64,000 bases of DNA from the human T2T-CHM13v2.0 reference genome, Homo sapiens. Under the pieces are notes generated by a model, which saw only the letters and a program-made list of their open reading frames with translations, was not told the origin of the DNA and made no database searches. Both the position numbers and the translations under genes were made by a program. Numbering within the stretch: position 1 is the first letter of the stretch; each line of letters begins with the position of its first letter. Location of the stretch: NCBI RefSeq assembly GCF_009914755.1, contig NC_060928.1; one strand, given 5' to 3'. This document shows positions 27,598 through 45,949 of this stretch, one piece after another.

Positions 27598-28293
27598 TAC
27601 CTATAGGATGGCTACCATTTAAAAAACAGAAAATAACAAGCATTGGTGAGGATGTAGAGACATTGGAACCCTGCTGGTGGGAAAGTAAAATGGTGCAGCT
27701 GCTGTGGAAAACAATATGGTGGTTCCTCAAAAAATTAAAAATAGAATTACCATATGATCTAGAAATTCCACTTCTTGGTATATATCTAAAAGAATTGAAA
27801 CTAGGGTCTTGAAAATCTATTTGTACCCCCATGTTTATAGCGGCATTATTCAAAATAGACAAAAAGTGGAAGCAACCCAGTATCCATCAACAAATGATTG
27901 GGTAAGCAAAATGTGATATATACATACAATGCAATATTATTTTGCCTTAAAAAGGAAATTCTGACACACCCTCAAGGATGAACCTAGAGGACATTATGCT
28001 AAGTGAAATAAGCCAGTTGCATAAAAGCAATAATATGTCATTCCACTTACATGAGGTACCTACAGTAGGAAAATTTATAAAGACATAAAGTAGAACAGTG
28101 GTTCCCAGGAGCTGAGGGGAGGGAGAATGAGGAGTTATTGTTTAACGGGTACAGAGTTTTAGTTTTGTAAAATGAAAAAAGTTATATAGATGGTGGTGAT
28201 GGTATGCAATACTTAATACCACTGAACTATATACTTGAAAATGGTTAAAATGGTAAATTTTATGTTATGTGTATTTTACCACAGTTTTAAAAG
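27598..28293 (+). mobile_element. L1MB-like 3' end
   Basis: GAAAATAACAAGCATTGG...ATTTTATGTTATGTGTATTTTACCACA. Confidence 0.9.
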
Positions 28294-28581
28294 AAGGAAA
28301 GGCAGTGTATTAGTCCATTCTCACACTGCTATAAAGAACTGCCTGAGACTGGGTAATTTACAAAGGAAAGAGGTTTAATTATCTCATAGTTCAGCATGGT
28401 TGGGGAGGCCTCAGGAAACTTACAATCATGGAAGAAGGGGAAGCAAACACATCCTTTCTCACATGGCAGCAGGATAGAGAAGAATGAGTGCACAGTGAAG
28501 GGGGAATCCTCTTATAAAACCTGTCTCATATCTCGTGAGAACTTACTATCACAGGAATAGCATGGGGGAAATCACCCCCAT

Positions 28582-30910
28582 TGATATGGTTTGACTCTGT
28601 GTCCCCACCCAAATCTCATCTTGAATTTTACTTACATAATTCCCATGTGTTGTGGGAGGGACCTGGTGGGAGGTAACTTAATCATGGGGAAGTTTCCCCC
28701 ATACTGTTCTCAGGTAGTGAATAAGTCTCATGAGATCTGATGGTTTCTTCAGGGGTTTCCTCTTTTGCGTCTTCCTCACTGTGTTTGCCTGCTGCCATCC
28801 ATGTAAAATGAGACTTGCTCCTCCCTGCCTTCTGCCATGATTGTGAGGTTTTCCCAGCCATGTGGAACTGTAAGTCTAATTAATCCTTTCTTTTGTAAAT
28901 TGCCCAGTCTCAGGTATGTCTTTATCAACAGCATGAAAATCAACTAATACAGTAAATTGGTACCAATAGAGTGGGGCATTGCTGAAAAGATACCCAAAAA
29001 TGTGGAAGCAATTTTGGCACTGGGTAACAGGCAGAGGTCAGAACATTTTGGAGGGCTCGGAAGAAGACAGGAAAATGTGGGAAAGTTTGGAACTTCCCAG
29101 AGACTTATTTAATGGCTTTGACAAAAAATACTGATGATATGGACAATGAAATCCAGGCTGAGGTGGTCTCAAATGGAGATGAGGAACTTGTTGGGAACTG
29201 GAGCAAAGGTGACTCTTGTTTACTTACATTTTAGCAAAAAGACTGGTGGTATTTTGCCCCTGCCCTAGAGATTTGTGAAACTTTAAACTTGAGAGACATG
29301 ATTTAGGGTATTTGGCAGAAGACATTTCTAAGCAGCAAAGCATTCAAGAGGTGACTTGGGTACTGTTAAAGGCATTCAGTTTTAAAAGGGAAGCAGAGTA
29401 TAAAAGTTTGGAAAATTTGCAGCCTGACAATGTGATAGAAAAGAAAATCCCATTTTATGAGGAAAAATTCAAGCTGCCTGCAGATATTTGCATAAGTAAT
29501 GAGGAGCCAAATGTTAATCACCGAGACAATGGGGAAAATGTCTCCAGGGCATGTCAGAGACTTTTGTGGCAGTCTCTCCCATCACAGACCCAGAGGTATA
29601 GAAGGAAAAAATGGTTTTGTGGGCAGGGCCCAGGATTCCTGGGCTGTATGCAGTCTAGACACTTGGTTCCCTGTGTCCTAGCCACTCTAGCCATGGCTGA
29701 AAGGGGCCAATGTAGAGCTTGGACCATGGCTTCAGAGGGTGCAAGCCACAAGCGTTGTCAGCTTCCGCATGGTGTTGAGCCTGTGGGTGCACAGAAGTCA
29801 ATAATTGAGGTTTGGGAACCTCCACCTAGATTTCAGAGGATGTATGGAAATGCCTGGATGTCCAGGCAGAAGTTTACCGCAGGGATGGGGCTCTCCTGGA
29901 GAACCTCTGCTAGGGCAGTGCAGAAGGGAAATGTGGGGTTGGAGCTCCCACACAGAGTCCCTGCAGGGGCACCACCTAGTGGAGCTGTGAGAAGAGGACC
30001 ACCATCTTCCAGACCCCAGAATGGTAGATCCACCTACAGCTGCACCATGTCCCTGGGAAAGCTGCAGACACTCAATTCCAGCCCATGAAAGCAGCTTGGG
30101 TAGGGAGGCTGTACCCTGAAAACACAAGGATGGAGCTGCCCAAGACCATGGGAAACCACCTCTTGCATCAACATGACCTGGATGTAAGACCTGGAGTCAA
30201 AGGAGATCATTTTGGAGCTTTAAAATTTGATTGTCCTATTGAATTTTGGACTTGCATGGGCCCTGTAACCCCTTTGTTTTGGCCAATTTCTCCCATTTGG
30301 AACTGTTGTATTTACCCAATGTCTGTATCTCCATTGTATCTAGGAAATAACTACCTTACTTTCGATTTTACAGACTCATAGGCAGAAGAGACTTGCCTTG
30401 TCTCAGATAAGATGTTGGACTGTGGCCTTTTGAGTTAATGCTGAAATAAGTTAAGACTTTGGGGGACTATTGGGAGGCCATGATTGGTTTTGAAATGTAA
30501 GGACATGAGATTTGAGAGGGGTAAGGGGTGGAATGATATGTTTTGGCTGTGTGTCCCCACCCAAATCTCATCTTGAATTATACTCCCATAATTTCGATGT
30601 GTTGTGAGAGGGACCCAGTTGGAGATAATTTAATCATGGCAGAAGTTTCACCCACACTGTTCTTGTGGTAGTGAATAAGTCACATGAGAGCTGATGGCTT
30701 TATAAGGGGTTTCTGCTTTTGCGTCATCCTCATTCTGTCTTTGCCTGCTGCCCATCCATGTAAGATGTGACTTGCTCCTCCTTGCCTTCCACCATGATTG
30801 TGAGGCTTCTCCAGCCATGTGGAACTGTAAGTCCAATTAAACCTCTTTCTTTTGTAAATTGCCCAGTCTCAGGTATGTCTTTATCAGCAGTGTGAAAATG
30901 GACTAATACA
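28582..30910 (+). mobile_element. complete THE1B-like MaLR element: LTR 28582-28951, internal 28952-30533, LTR 30534-30910
   Basis: Two TGATATG...AATACA LTRs, 1.6-kb internal region, purine tract before the 3' LTR, perfect TSD CCCAT. Confidence 0.93.
29312..30088 (+). pseudogene. remnant of the THE1-int MaLR ORF (258 open codons)
   Basis: ORF lies wholly inside THE1-int, has no ATG start (TTG) and is flanked by disrupted frames. Confidence 0.7.
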
Positions 30911-31214
30911 CCCATGATTCAATTACGTACCAGGTCCTTCTCATGACACCTGGGGATTATGGGAACTATAATTCAAGATGAGATTTGGGTGCGGACACAG
31001 CCAAACCATATCAGGAAGAAAGTTATCTAACTACTTAGTAGCCCTGTTGATCTCCTGCCTCCCAGTCTGGTGTCCTCTCATTTATACATACTGGCTCTTC
31101 TCAGAGTATCATTTATTGGCTAAGCATTATAATAATGTGATCTCCCAGCAGAGAATACCTTTCTAGGACATATCAAAAAGGTAAACTCTAGAGTTTACTT
31201 AAACTCATATCTTC

Positions 31215-31555
31215 TGTATCAGTCAGGGTGAAGATAAGGTTAAGATAGGCAGGAAGCCACTACTACTGTTTGAGGGGAAGGGGAGGAAGTGGTCATTGGA
31301 ACTTGAAGAGCTGTGGTTGTACAAGATGCAGCGATCTTTGGTAGAGAAATGTTGCTGTGCATTTACTGCTAACAAGGAGGTATCTGGTCAAGTAAGTGTA
31401 CCTTCTTCTGGTCTTCTGTTGCTGATGCCTCCCATTGGATGAACCCGACTGGAAGTCAGAGGGCAAGAAAACCTGTTGATGTAGTCCATAGGACCCCAGA
31501 ACATTGAGTAGAAGGGAAAGGGTAGAGAATAGGTTTGAAGGTGGCCTTATACCAA
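31215..31555 (-). mobile_element. old ERVL LTR remnant (LTR41/LTR67B-like)
   Basis: TGTATCAGTCAGGGT start; GAAGTCAGAGGGCAAG...GATGTAGTCCATAG. Confidence 0.5.
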
Positions 31556-31587
31556 ACTTCATTTTAAAAGTGAAAGCACTCAGAACC

Positions 31588-32190
31588 TGTATTAGTCATA
31601 GTTCTCTAAAGAAATAGAGCCAATAGAATATAGATAGAGAGAGAGCGAGATAGATAAACAGATAGATAGACAGAGATATAGATATATCAGAAGGGATTTA
31701 CTTCGGGAATTGGTTCACTTGATTATGGAGGCTGAGAAGTCCCACAATATCCTGTCTGCAAGCTGAAGAACAAGGGAAGATGGTAGCATGGCTCAGTCCA
31801 AATCCAAGGGCCTGAGGACCAGGGGAGCCAACGGTGTAACTCTCAGTCCTAAGCTGACAGCTTGAAAATTGGGGAGTATCTGGTGCAAGTCCTGGAGTCC
31901 AAAGGCCCGGGAGTTCTGATGTCCAAGGGCAGGAGAAGATGGGTGTCCCAGTTCCAGAAGAGAGAGTGAGCAAATTTGCCTTTCTTCTGCCTTTTTGTTC
32001 TGTCAGGCCCTCAGTCAACTGGATGGTATGGGCCTGCACTGGGTGAGGAGGGATCTTCCTAGTCCAGTTATTCAAATGCCAGTCTCTTCTGGAACACCCT
32101 CACAGACATATCTAGAAACAATGCTTCATCAGAAGTTATCTGCATGTCCCTGAATCCAGTCAAATTGACACCTGAAATTAACCATCCTAG
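31588..32190 (-). mobile_element. ERVL solo LTR, MLT2B-like
   Basis: TGTATTAGTC...(GATA)n...GGAGGCTGAGAAGTCCCAC...TTGACACCTGAAATTAACCATC. Confidence 0.88.
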
Positions 32191-32824
32191 ACACAAAGAA
32201 TTAAATGACTTGTTGCATGTCATTGATAGATATTAGATTCTCACTGTATTTATGACCTAATAATTGGGTTCTATCCACATAGTGATGAAGAATGAGAATA
32301 CAAGTCTAAACTTGGAAAATCTGCCACAAACAGAACACCTAAAAAAAGTTTTGTTTTTGAAAGAGAGTGATATGCACATCTTCCACAGAATTAGCATTCA
32401 TTAGGAGTTTTTGTGCTTTGAACTTTGCAAGTCTGATTCATCACATGTTACAAAGAAAATAATCTTAAGATCATGAGTTTTCTTCCTGCTTCTGCCCTAA
32501 TGATTATCACAGTTTATGGGACATTTAGGAGAAGCTGAAGCAGAGTATTACATTGGAGATGTTTAGTTAAATAAAACAAGATAGCTAAGTCAAAGAACCT
32601 TGTTGAAGAGAGTCACAGAATTGCATCCTCAAACATGGATTTTTCATAATTAAAGGACTTTGAGACAACTTTTCAGGCTCATAGAAGTCCACAAGATGGT
32701 TCTTAAAAAAATCGAGGTGACAAGACTTTTGAGCACAAAATACTGAAACTTTAGGGGAATAAAGCAAAAATTGTACTTTTTTTTTCTTTCAAGGAAGAGA
32801 TACACTATAGTAATTAAGTAATTA

Positions 32825-32979
32825 AGTCTACATTCAAGAATCAAAATTCTTGAATCCAAACCCTGGCTTCATCATTTACTAGCTGCACAACTTTGGGCAA
32901 ATGACTTTGTCTTTCTTTCTAAGCCACAGTTTTCCTATTTCTGAAATGTGAATAATTGCACCTATATCATTGAGTTATT

Positions 32980-32980
<1 letters not shown>
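32825..32980 (+). mobile_element. MIR
   Basis: TTTACTAGCTG...TTGGGCAAATGACTT...CAGTTTTCCT. Confidence 0.7.
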
Positions 32981-35915
<2,935 letters not shown>

Positions 35916-37169
35916 GAATCTCTTTTCAATGCCGTGGTCTATGGACACCTCACCCATATCCACTAGCTACGGCCCTAAAGGATGTGAAAAAAATTTCAAG
36001 AATGTTCCTTGCCCTGAAGGAACTTCCAGCTTCAGGATGCATGTTGACTTGGTTACATATTATTATGTCTGGCAGATTCCTCTCTGGTCAAATATATTAA
36101 AACTAACAAAATAATAAAAAAACGAACTATAAACAGTCACTCTGTTATTCCTCTCAAAGAAGAAAATGTACTATTAACATAATTTATGGCAGCATCAGAA
36201 AAGCCAGGATGAGGGAAACCAAGCATATGTGTGTTAGTTCTGGAATTAGAAATTAAGTTGTCCTAGCCCAACACACCCATCATTAGCCACATTTGGGAAA
36301 AAAACCTCTCATTTTCGTGGTAGTAAAACTGGCTGTAAAGTAATTCAGTTTGTTATTTGTAAAGTCATGTGATGGCCTTCCTATATCCCTTCTATTTCCA
36401 AAGGAAAGAGAACTCTATTTGGGAAAATAGAAGGAACCCTCCCACTGTTCATGGTTTCCTTTACTGTTATTTGAGAAATAAAGGCAAATCTTGCTTGTAC
36501 CATCAAGGTTACAGTTTTCTAATTCCTTTGGCTGAGACTTGAATGGGATTCAGTAAGTTCTGTTTCCTTATTTGCCACCCCTTTTCTATGCCACAAATAT
36601 TGCTTGTTCCAAGGGTTAGAGAAATTTTGTTATCTTTTCTGGTAGGATTCTTGTGGTTCTTGTATGAGCAGCATTCTGCAAGTGGGCATAACTTATTTAT
36701 GTAGTATGTGCCTTATGTGAAGGAACTTAATATTCCTTTGAAGGAAACCACAATTAGAAACAGAAACTTAAAAAATCTGAATTCTAATATGTTCAAGGAT
36801 AGGTGATGTAAGCAGGAATCTATAGAGTGCCAAGACTATGTGTTTGCTTAGCTGGTTTTAAAATAATCTAACAAATTAGGGGATTTGATTCATTTAAAAG
36901 AATACTACATGAAATGAGCATTTAATATTAGGCTCTATATTGCTTTAAGTTACACCCTATGTGCCATGCGGCTACTAGTAAAATAAAAGGCAAGTAGCTT
37001 AGATTAAGTTAACCATTATTCTGTGAAAAAAGATAAAAAGTATAACCTAAAACTTCAGAAAGTTAATATGGTCATTTTAGTAATTGATTGCAAAGGGGAA
37101 GATTATAGAGAAGTGTTATCACAATAAAGAGAGATTACTTGAAGCTTATGTTTTACAGTGAGAGGAGAA

Positions 37170-37700
37170 GGGAACACATATTGATTAAGTGCTTGCTAGG
37201 TGACTGAACATTGCTAAGTGCTTTATGTATGTTGTTTTATACAATATTGTCAAAATGCAGCTGGGCATGGTGGCTCATGCCTATAATCCCAACACTTTGG
37301 GAGGCCGAGGCAGGTGGATTACTTGAGGTCAGGAATTTGAGACCAGCCTGGCCAACATGGTGAAACCTAGTCTCTACTAAAGCTACAAAAATTAGCTGGG
37401 TGTGGTGGCGCATGCTTGTCCCAGCTACTCAGGAGGCTGAGGCAGGGGAATCAGTTGAACCCAGGAGGCAGAGGTTGCAGTGAGCCAAGATCACACCACT
37501 GCACTCCAGCCTGGAGGACAGAGCAAGACTCCATCTCCAAAAAAAAAAAAAAGTGCTATGAAGCCTTCCATTATCATGACCTGTTTATAAAAAAGTAAGT
37601 AGAGAGGTTAAATCATCGGCTGAAGGCCAAGTGACTAGGAAATGATGGAGCTTGGATCCTTAACAGTCAGATTCCTACATTTATCTTTTTGCCACTGAGC
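37170..37700 (-). mobile_element. MIR split by an Alu
   Basis: GCTAAGTGCTTTATGTATG before the Alu; AGAGAGGTTAAATCA after it. Confidence 0.65.
37259..37553 (+). mobile_element. AluSx/Sz-like
   Basis: Full dimer with A tail; TSD AAA(A/G)TGC. Confidence 0.95.
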
Positions 37701-38354
37701 CGTCTGATATGTATTGTTTTTTCTTATATTAAAACTTGCTTTGCATTGGATAATGGATAACTCAGTGTCAAAATGGATTGGCTTTATTACCTTGATGGAG
37801 CACAGAACACATTTTAGGATGAAAATGACTGGTAGAAGAGAAAGCTTGCACTGTTTATTCTTCACTGAAGAGCCCTAGCCTTGTGCTTTCTATGTAGTGG
37901 TTGCTTCATGAATAAATAAAATCTAAGCAGATCCTCTATTTAAATTATTATTTCCTAAGCTGAGTGAAAATAGATTAAAATAAATACCAAAATATTTGTA
38001 GTTGTCATTATTTATGAAGTTCGTTGGTCAACTAGGTTATGAAAATCTTTTGTAACTCACATTGACTCCCCTTTTAGAACACAGACATATTAAAGGGGTG
38101 GTTCTGGGATCTGCTTCATGCCAAAAAGGGTCTGTGGAAACTGTGTGACCTTGAGAAAGTCGCTTAACCTCTCCAAACCTTATTCCTTCTTTAGCCAAAT
38201 AGGGATAATTCTTTATTAGCCAAAGGTGGAGAGTCTAGGTAGATATGTTTTTTTTCATTGTTAAAAACATTCATTTTGATACATAAAGTCAGTAGAGCTT
38301 CCACTCTGCCACATATGCCTCTATGAAGAGTCCTGTGCCATTCAACCACGAAAT

Positions 38355-38646
38355 ATATTTATTTATTTATTTGAGATAGGGTCTTGCTCTGTCACTCAGG
38401 CTAGGTGCCTGAGTGCAGTGGTGCCATCACAGCTCACTGCAGCCTCAACCTCCCAGGCTCAAGCAATCCTCCCACCTCAGCCTCTTGAGTAACTGGAACT
38501 ATAGGCTCAGCTAATTTTTGTATATTTTGTAGAGTTGGGGTTTTGCCTTGCTACCCAGGCTGATCTCTAATCCTGGGCTCAAGTGATCCACCTGCCTTGA
38601 CCTCCCAAAGTGCTGGGATTACAGGTGTAAGCCACCATGCCTGGCC
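38355..38646 (-). mobile_element. Alu, J-like
   Basis: Antisense dimer with (TTTA)n tail. Confidence 0.93.
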
Positions 38647-39280
38647 GATTAGGGAACATTTGAATGAGGCCCCATTTCTTATCCCCATCAGAGCGCACAG
38701 CTCCATGTTGTTCCTGTCCATTGATGGCTTCCAAATCCAGATGATCAAATAGTCCTTTATCTCCAAAGCAGGCTCAAAACGATTGGTTCAGACATCCCAG
38801 GCTCTATACCCTTCTTTAGTTCCAGGTAAGTCATGAGATGAATAAAGCCCCAGCAGATGGAAAATTGACTGCCCTTGAAAAGCTACTGCAGCCTCTGCTT
38901 GGCCTCTTTGCCCAGCATCACCATGGAGACATCCAGGGTGGCATGGTGAGGTAATAGTTGCTTTCTGATGCCCCTTGTGATAGGATTTGTGACATGAAAA
39001 TTCTAACTCCTGGACCCATGATATGGTCCCAACTTACTCTCCAGCCTTCTCTCTTATACTCCCCTTTCTGCTGTAGCCCCCAGCACTCTTCCTTCAAGTT
39101 TTCTTCCACTAGAATCCCTTCCACCCACATCCACTCTGCAACCGTCTCTCTAACAGCTCTTATGTTTCTTCAGGGCCTAGGCTGTGCCTTGCAGCCTCTG
39201 CATTGCTCTAAATCAACCAGGCAGCCCAGTATATTAAATGAGCTCAACAAATATTTTTTTGTAATAAGCCAAAAGTGGGC

Positions 39281-39669
39281 TATATTATTCTGTTCTCACA
39301 CTGCTATAAAGAACTACTGGAGACTGGGTAATTTATGGAGAAAAGAGGTTTAATTGACTCACAGTTCTGCAGGCTATACAGGAAGCATAGCTGGGAGGCC
39401 TCATGAAACTTACAACCATGGTGGAAGGTGAGGGGAAGCAAGCATGTCTTAGGTGGAGCAGGAGGAAGAGAGTGAAGGGGGAAGTGCCACACACTTTTAA
39501 ATTATCAGATCTCATGAGAACTCACTCACTATCCACTATCATGAGAACAAGAGAGAAATCTACTCCTATGATCCAATCACCTCCCACCAGGTCCCTCCCC
39601 CAACAATAGGAATGACAATTAAACATGAGATTTGGGATTTGGGTGGAGACACAGAGCCAAATCATATCA
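39281..39669 (-). mobile_element. MaLR solo LTR, MSTA-like
   Basis: TTCTCACACTGCTATAAAGAACTAC...GGCTATACAGGAAGCAT...CATATCA. Confidence 0.9.
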
Positions 39670-40204
39670 CGGACAAAAAGAGAAACCTACTGAATGAAGA
39701 TGGTAATATCACCAACTGGTGCCAAAATATCAGTGCTGTTTCTCTACCTGGTTATCCCCTTCCACACTCGATCCACACACACATCTCTCCTAAACCAAAT
39801 GTTTAGGAGAAGTCAGGGCACAGGTGCACTCTCTCCTGACTCCTCTTTGCCCCATAGCCCCTTTGAAATAGTCTTGAGAAAAAAGATTAGTATAGGATGG
39901 AAATGACATACAAGAATAATTATTGATGTGAAATAAAATTTAGCTTAAGAAAAACTATGATAAAATAAATCTTTTTTTGGGTAGTTATTAAACCAAAGAA
40001 GTGTCTTGTACACCTGACTGTGCAGAACTCTGTGTCCAAGGAAATTCTTAAGAAGAATGAGTTTGTAGAAATACCTATGGAGGCAGAACTGCCCCAAGAG
40101 TTCAGGTGTGAACCACCAAACCTGATGGTCTGGAATGTGTGTCTAATCTAATCCCAAGTATGCATTTACTGAGTAGTCACTGTGTGGGGGACATCATGCT
40201 AGGC

Positions 40205-40440
40205 TGATAATAACAATGGTCCCTGTCTATTAAACCTGACATGGTGCCAGGTAAATAATAAATATCATCTCATTTAATCCTTCCAGTAACCCCAGTAAGG
40301 TAAGTATCACTATCCTCATTTTATGAATAAGTAAGTTGAGTCTCATAGAAAGTAATTTGGTTGCATAAGATCCCACACGTTTTATTGGCAGAACCAGGCT
40401 CTGAATCTAGGTTTTCCAAATTTTAAAACCATCTCTTATC
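40205..40440 (-). mobile_element. MIR
   Basis: TCTCATTTAATCCT...TATCCTCATTTTATGAAT. Confidence 0.75.
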
Positions 40441-40989
40441 TACCTTATTTCACAGGGAAAACTTGGCAATATAACTGAAGAAATTATTCTCATAAAACAA
40501 TCAAAGCACAAGATAACATACAAAGAGTGCTACTCTTAAGCATTGATAAATGATGTTGATTTCTAATAGCTCTCTAAAGCAGTAACTACAATCAACTCAC
40601 CTATATCTGAAAATTAACAATGAATAAATATTAAGTGGCTACTTTTGGCCAAATTCTATACAAGTTGCCTTTAGATACATCAATCAAAATTTCCTTACAG
40701 TGGTCTGTGAAATATGTATTATTATTATTATCCACAACTTACAGAAAAGAAAATTGACACTCAGCTCAATAATTTGTGGGGGCCATGTTTTACAACATGT
40801 GGTTGGAAATGTGGCTAGACTTTTGGGATAGGATCTCTTTCCAGCAGGTTGCTAAGATAATAAGATGTTAGTTGGAGTCCTGATGTTCATTGCTGTCCCA
40901 TTTAGTGACAGTATGTCTGAATATGGGCAATGTGGAGACAAGCACTGTGGAGAGGTGGGGAGAGACAGGCTCCTGATAATGTTGTTTGA

Positions 40990-41265
40990 GTAGCAAGGTT
41001 ACTCTGTGTTGAGAAGAGAGTACTCTGAGGAGCAGTGTGGAGAATGGAAGGAAGCCAATTTGGAGACTATATAGCAATAATATCCAAGTGGAAGATTATG
41101 GTGACTAGGACCAGGGTGGTAGCAATGGACACAGTGGGTAGTAGTCTGATTCTGGATATATTTAGAAGTAGAATCATCAGGACTTGATGACAAATTAGAT
41201 GAGGAATATGAAAAAAAAATGGGAGAGTCAATGATAACTTCAAAGATTTTTGACTTAATTTTGTA
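40990..41265 (-). mobile_element. L2 fragment
   Basis: GGACCAGGGTGGTAGCAATGG...GATTCTGGATATATTT. Confidence 0.8.
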
Positions 41266-41289
41266 GGTATCTCTTTCTTCTCCATAAAC

Positions 41290-41700
41290 TCGTTTGTTGA
41301 AAGGTAATATCTTCCTTACCAGTTATTGATTTAGGAATAGGCATGTGTCCTGGTTATAGCCAACAGGATATGACAAGGCATCTTCTGGGAGCTTCTCCAT
41401 AAAAGAACCACTGGTAGAAGAGAGTCACTCTTTTTTTCCCCCCTTTAGATGTAGTTGTGCCTGAATGTGATACCCGGAGCATCTGCAATTATCTTGTTAC
41501 CAGCCTAAGAATGAACCAACAGGGAGGTTGGCAGAGCCGAGAGATGGAAGGAACCAGGGTCCTAGGTGACATCACTGAGCCACTGAAGCAACCAAGCCTG
41601 TCTATGAACTCTCTCATTGTGGGATAGTGTATTTCTGTATTATTTAGGATAGCTGATGATGGGATGTCTGTTTCTTGCACCTTGAACCGTCCTACTCCAG
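41290..41700 (+). mobile_element. MaLR LTR, MLT1J/K-like
   Basis: GGCAGAGCCGAGAGATGGAAGGAACCAGGGTCC...GACATCACTGAGCCACTG. Confidence 0.8.
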
Positions 41701-41962
41701 GATGCTCTTTTGTAAGTCTTATCACTTGTCCTTTTTAGAGTGAAGTACCAAAGGATTTAGAAATGTTTCCAAGGTGTCCAAAACTGCAGCTCCTATACTA
41801 TGACACTCTTAGTTGAAGGAAAAAGATTTGGTAGGGAAAAAAGGCTGGATAAGAAAACAATTCCATGGTGATAGTAGGCAATAAATTATATGTACATTGA
41901 TTTATGACATGGAAGGAAACAAATCAGTTGTGGAACTGAGTGCAAAGCTATGGTGCCCTAGG

Positions 41963-42236
41963 GAAGTGTTTTTCCAACTGCAGTTTGTGACCTACTAGTA
42001 GGTCATAGAAACAATCTAGTGAGTCTAGACTAGCATTTTAAAAAAAGAATAGAACAAATAAGATAGAATAAATAGAATAGAAAATATCAGAGTACAAAGC
42101 ACAGCATGTAGGAAGGATTATCTTGTGGAACTTTTCTATCAGTTATATATGTATATATGTGTCTCCTGAGTCATTGTGTAAAATGTATGTCTTCTTCTGG
42201 GTCAATCATGGTCAAAAGGGTTTGAGAAATACTTTC
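41963..42236. mobile_element. MER112-like hAT-Charlie MITE
   Basis: Degenerate TIRs; internal (AATAG)n and GAAAATATCAGAGT. Confidence 0.75.
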
Positions 42237-42821
42237 TAAGAATAAATTGAAGCACTGACCATCCCTCTTTACACATAATGACACTCTAAATCACTAGCAC
42301 TGTCTGGTTGATTTCCTTTAATTATATAAATAAATCTAACATCTTTTCTAATAAACATTATTCTCACTGTGTGATGTAATAAAATATTCCTTCTCAAATA
42401 AAAACGATGCCCCAGACGCATGAATCAACAGGGGCTCAGGACACCAAGCTGAGCCCCTGTGGGCTCCTTGGGTCCTGGAGCCCCTGTTGTTTGGTGTAGT
42501 TTACTCTCGGGTTCTTTCCCAGGGTCTCTTTGGAAAGCTGTATTTGGTTTCTGCCTGAGTCTTGCTTTTTATGGTAACTCTGGGGGAGGAGAAAAAGGAG
42601 ATTTATTTCCATGGCTTTGCTGATGTAAGTAACCTGGTACTGATATGGATTCTTATTAAAGCTGATTTTTTTTTAATTCCAAAGAGATTAGAAATTGCTC
42701 CCAAATTCCAATTTTCAGTGTAATTAGTTGTTCACAAGGAGGCCAATCATGAGCTCTACTTGTTCTGAGGGCTCTTATGAATCATATATGTTTACAATAT
42801 GAAAGCTTAAGGTAAGGTATC

Positions 42822-43630
<809 letters not shown>

Positions 43631-44111
43631 ATCTAAACTTAACAGAATCTAACTGACTTAGGAAAAAAATAACTAAACAAATTATTTCATGAATCCAAAT
43701 AAAGTCTTTTCAATATGATATATACAAATGTTTTTAAAAGAATAGGAAGGAGTTTGCTAAAAGAACTACTTGGGGAAGTACAGCTAGTCCTTGGAAGAAC
43801 AAAAGAAACTGAGGTCAAAACTTACAAATTAATAGTGAAATTTAGCAATCTTATAGAACAGAGGGTTGTTGTCTCTGAACCCATTTCTCATCCACTTGGC
43901 AGCTGGAAAAGTCAAAAGTAGATGAGGAGCAACTGAACATGGAAAGGAAACCAGGGACACCTTAAGAGCCAACCTTCTTTTCAGAGAGGTGCCAACAACT
44001 ACTAGCAACACTATTGCACTACATCATATTTCCAGGTAAAATGGGAACAGAGAATGTGAAAATCTATTCTGGGGAGCAGCGTTTCACAAATAAAAACTTA
44101 AAAGGAAATAG

Positions 44112-45511
<1,400 letters not shown>

Positions 45512-45949
45512 CAGCGATTTTAAAAATATGTCATTATTATTTTTAAAATACAGAAAAATACTAAATTTGAGAAACTTGGAAGGCAATTGAATTAATAAAA
45601 GCTCTAATGAACAAAATGATTTCAGTGTCAAAATGCAGTATCATTTTCAAATACCCACAGAAATACAATCTGATTTACTAAACCAATCGTTAAAAGAATT
45701 CCTTAGGCAAACTGGTCTAGTGAAAAGTTGAAAACAGCTTATAATGTGTGATATTGGTTATTTTTCACTTACAAATTCCTGAAATAGTATATTGTTGTAA
45801 GCATTTTAAATATCTTCCTGTGCTTCTGTTTATTGTATTTATGGAGAAGATTATTTTTAAAGTGGTAAATCCTTATTCAACCTTGTTTTAGGATATCACA
45901 AATGATGCTTTAGTAATGTCTAGATTAATGGCATTCTCCTACCATGACA

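Larger units (their letters stand above)
28306..31013 (-). mobile_element. THE1D-like solo LTR (28306-28581 plus 30911-31013), split by a THE1B provirus
   Basis: TGTATTAGTCC...CCATATCA termini; TSD GGCAG/GGAAG. Confidence 0.88.
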
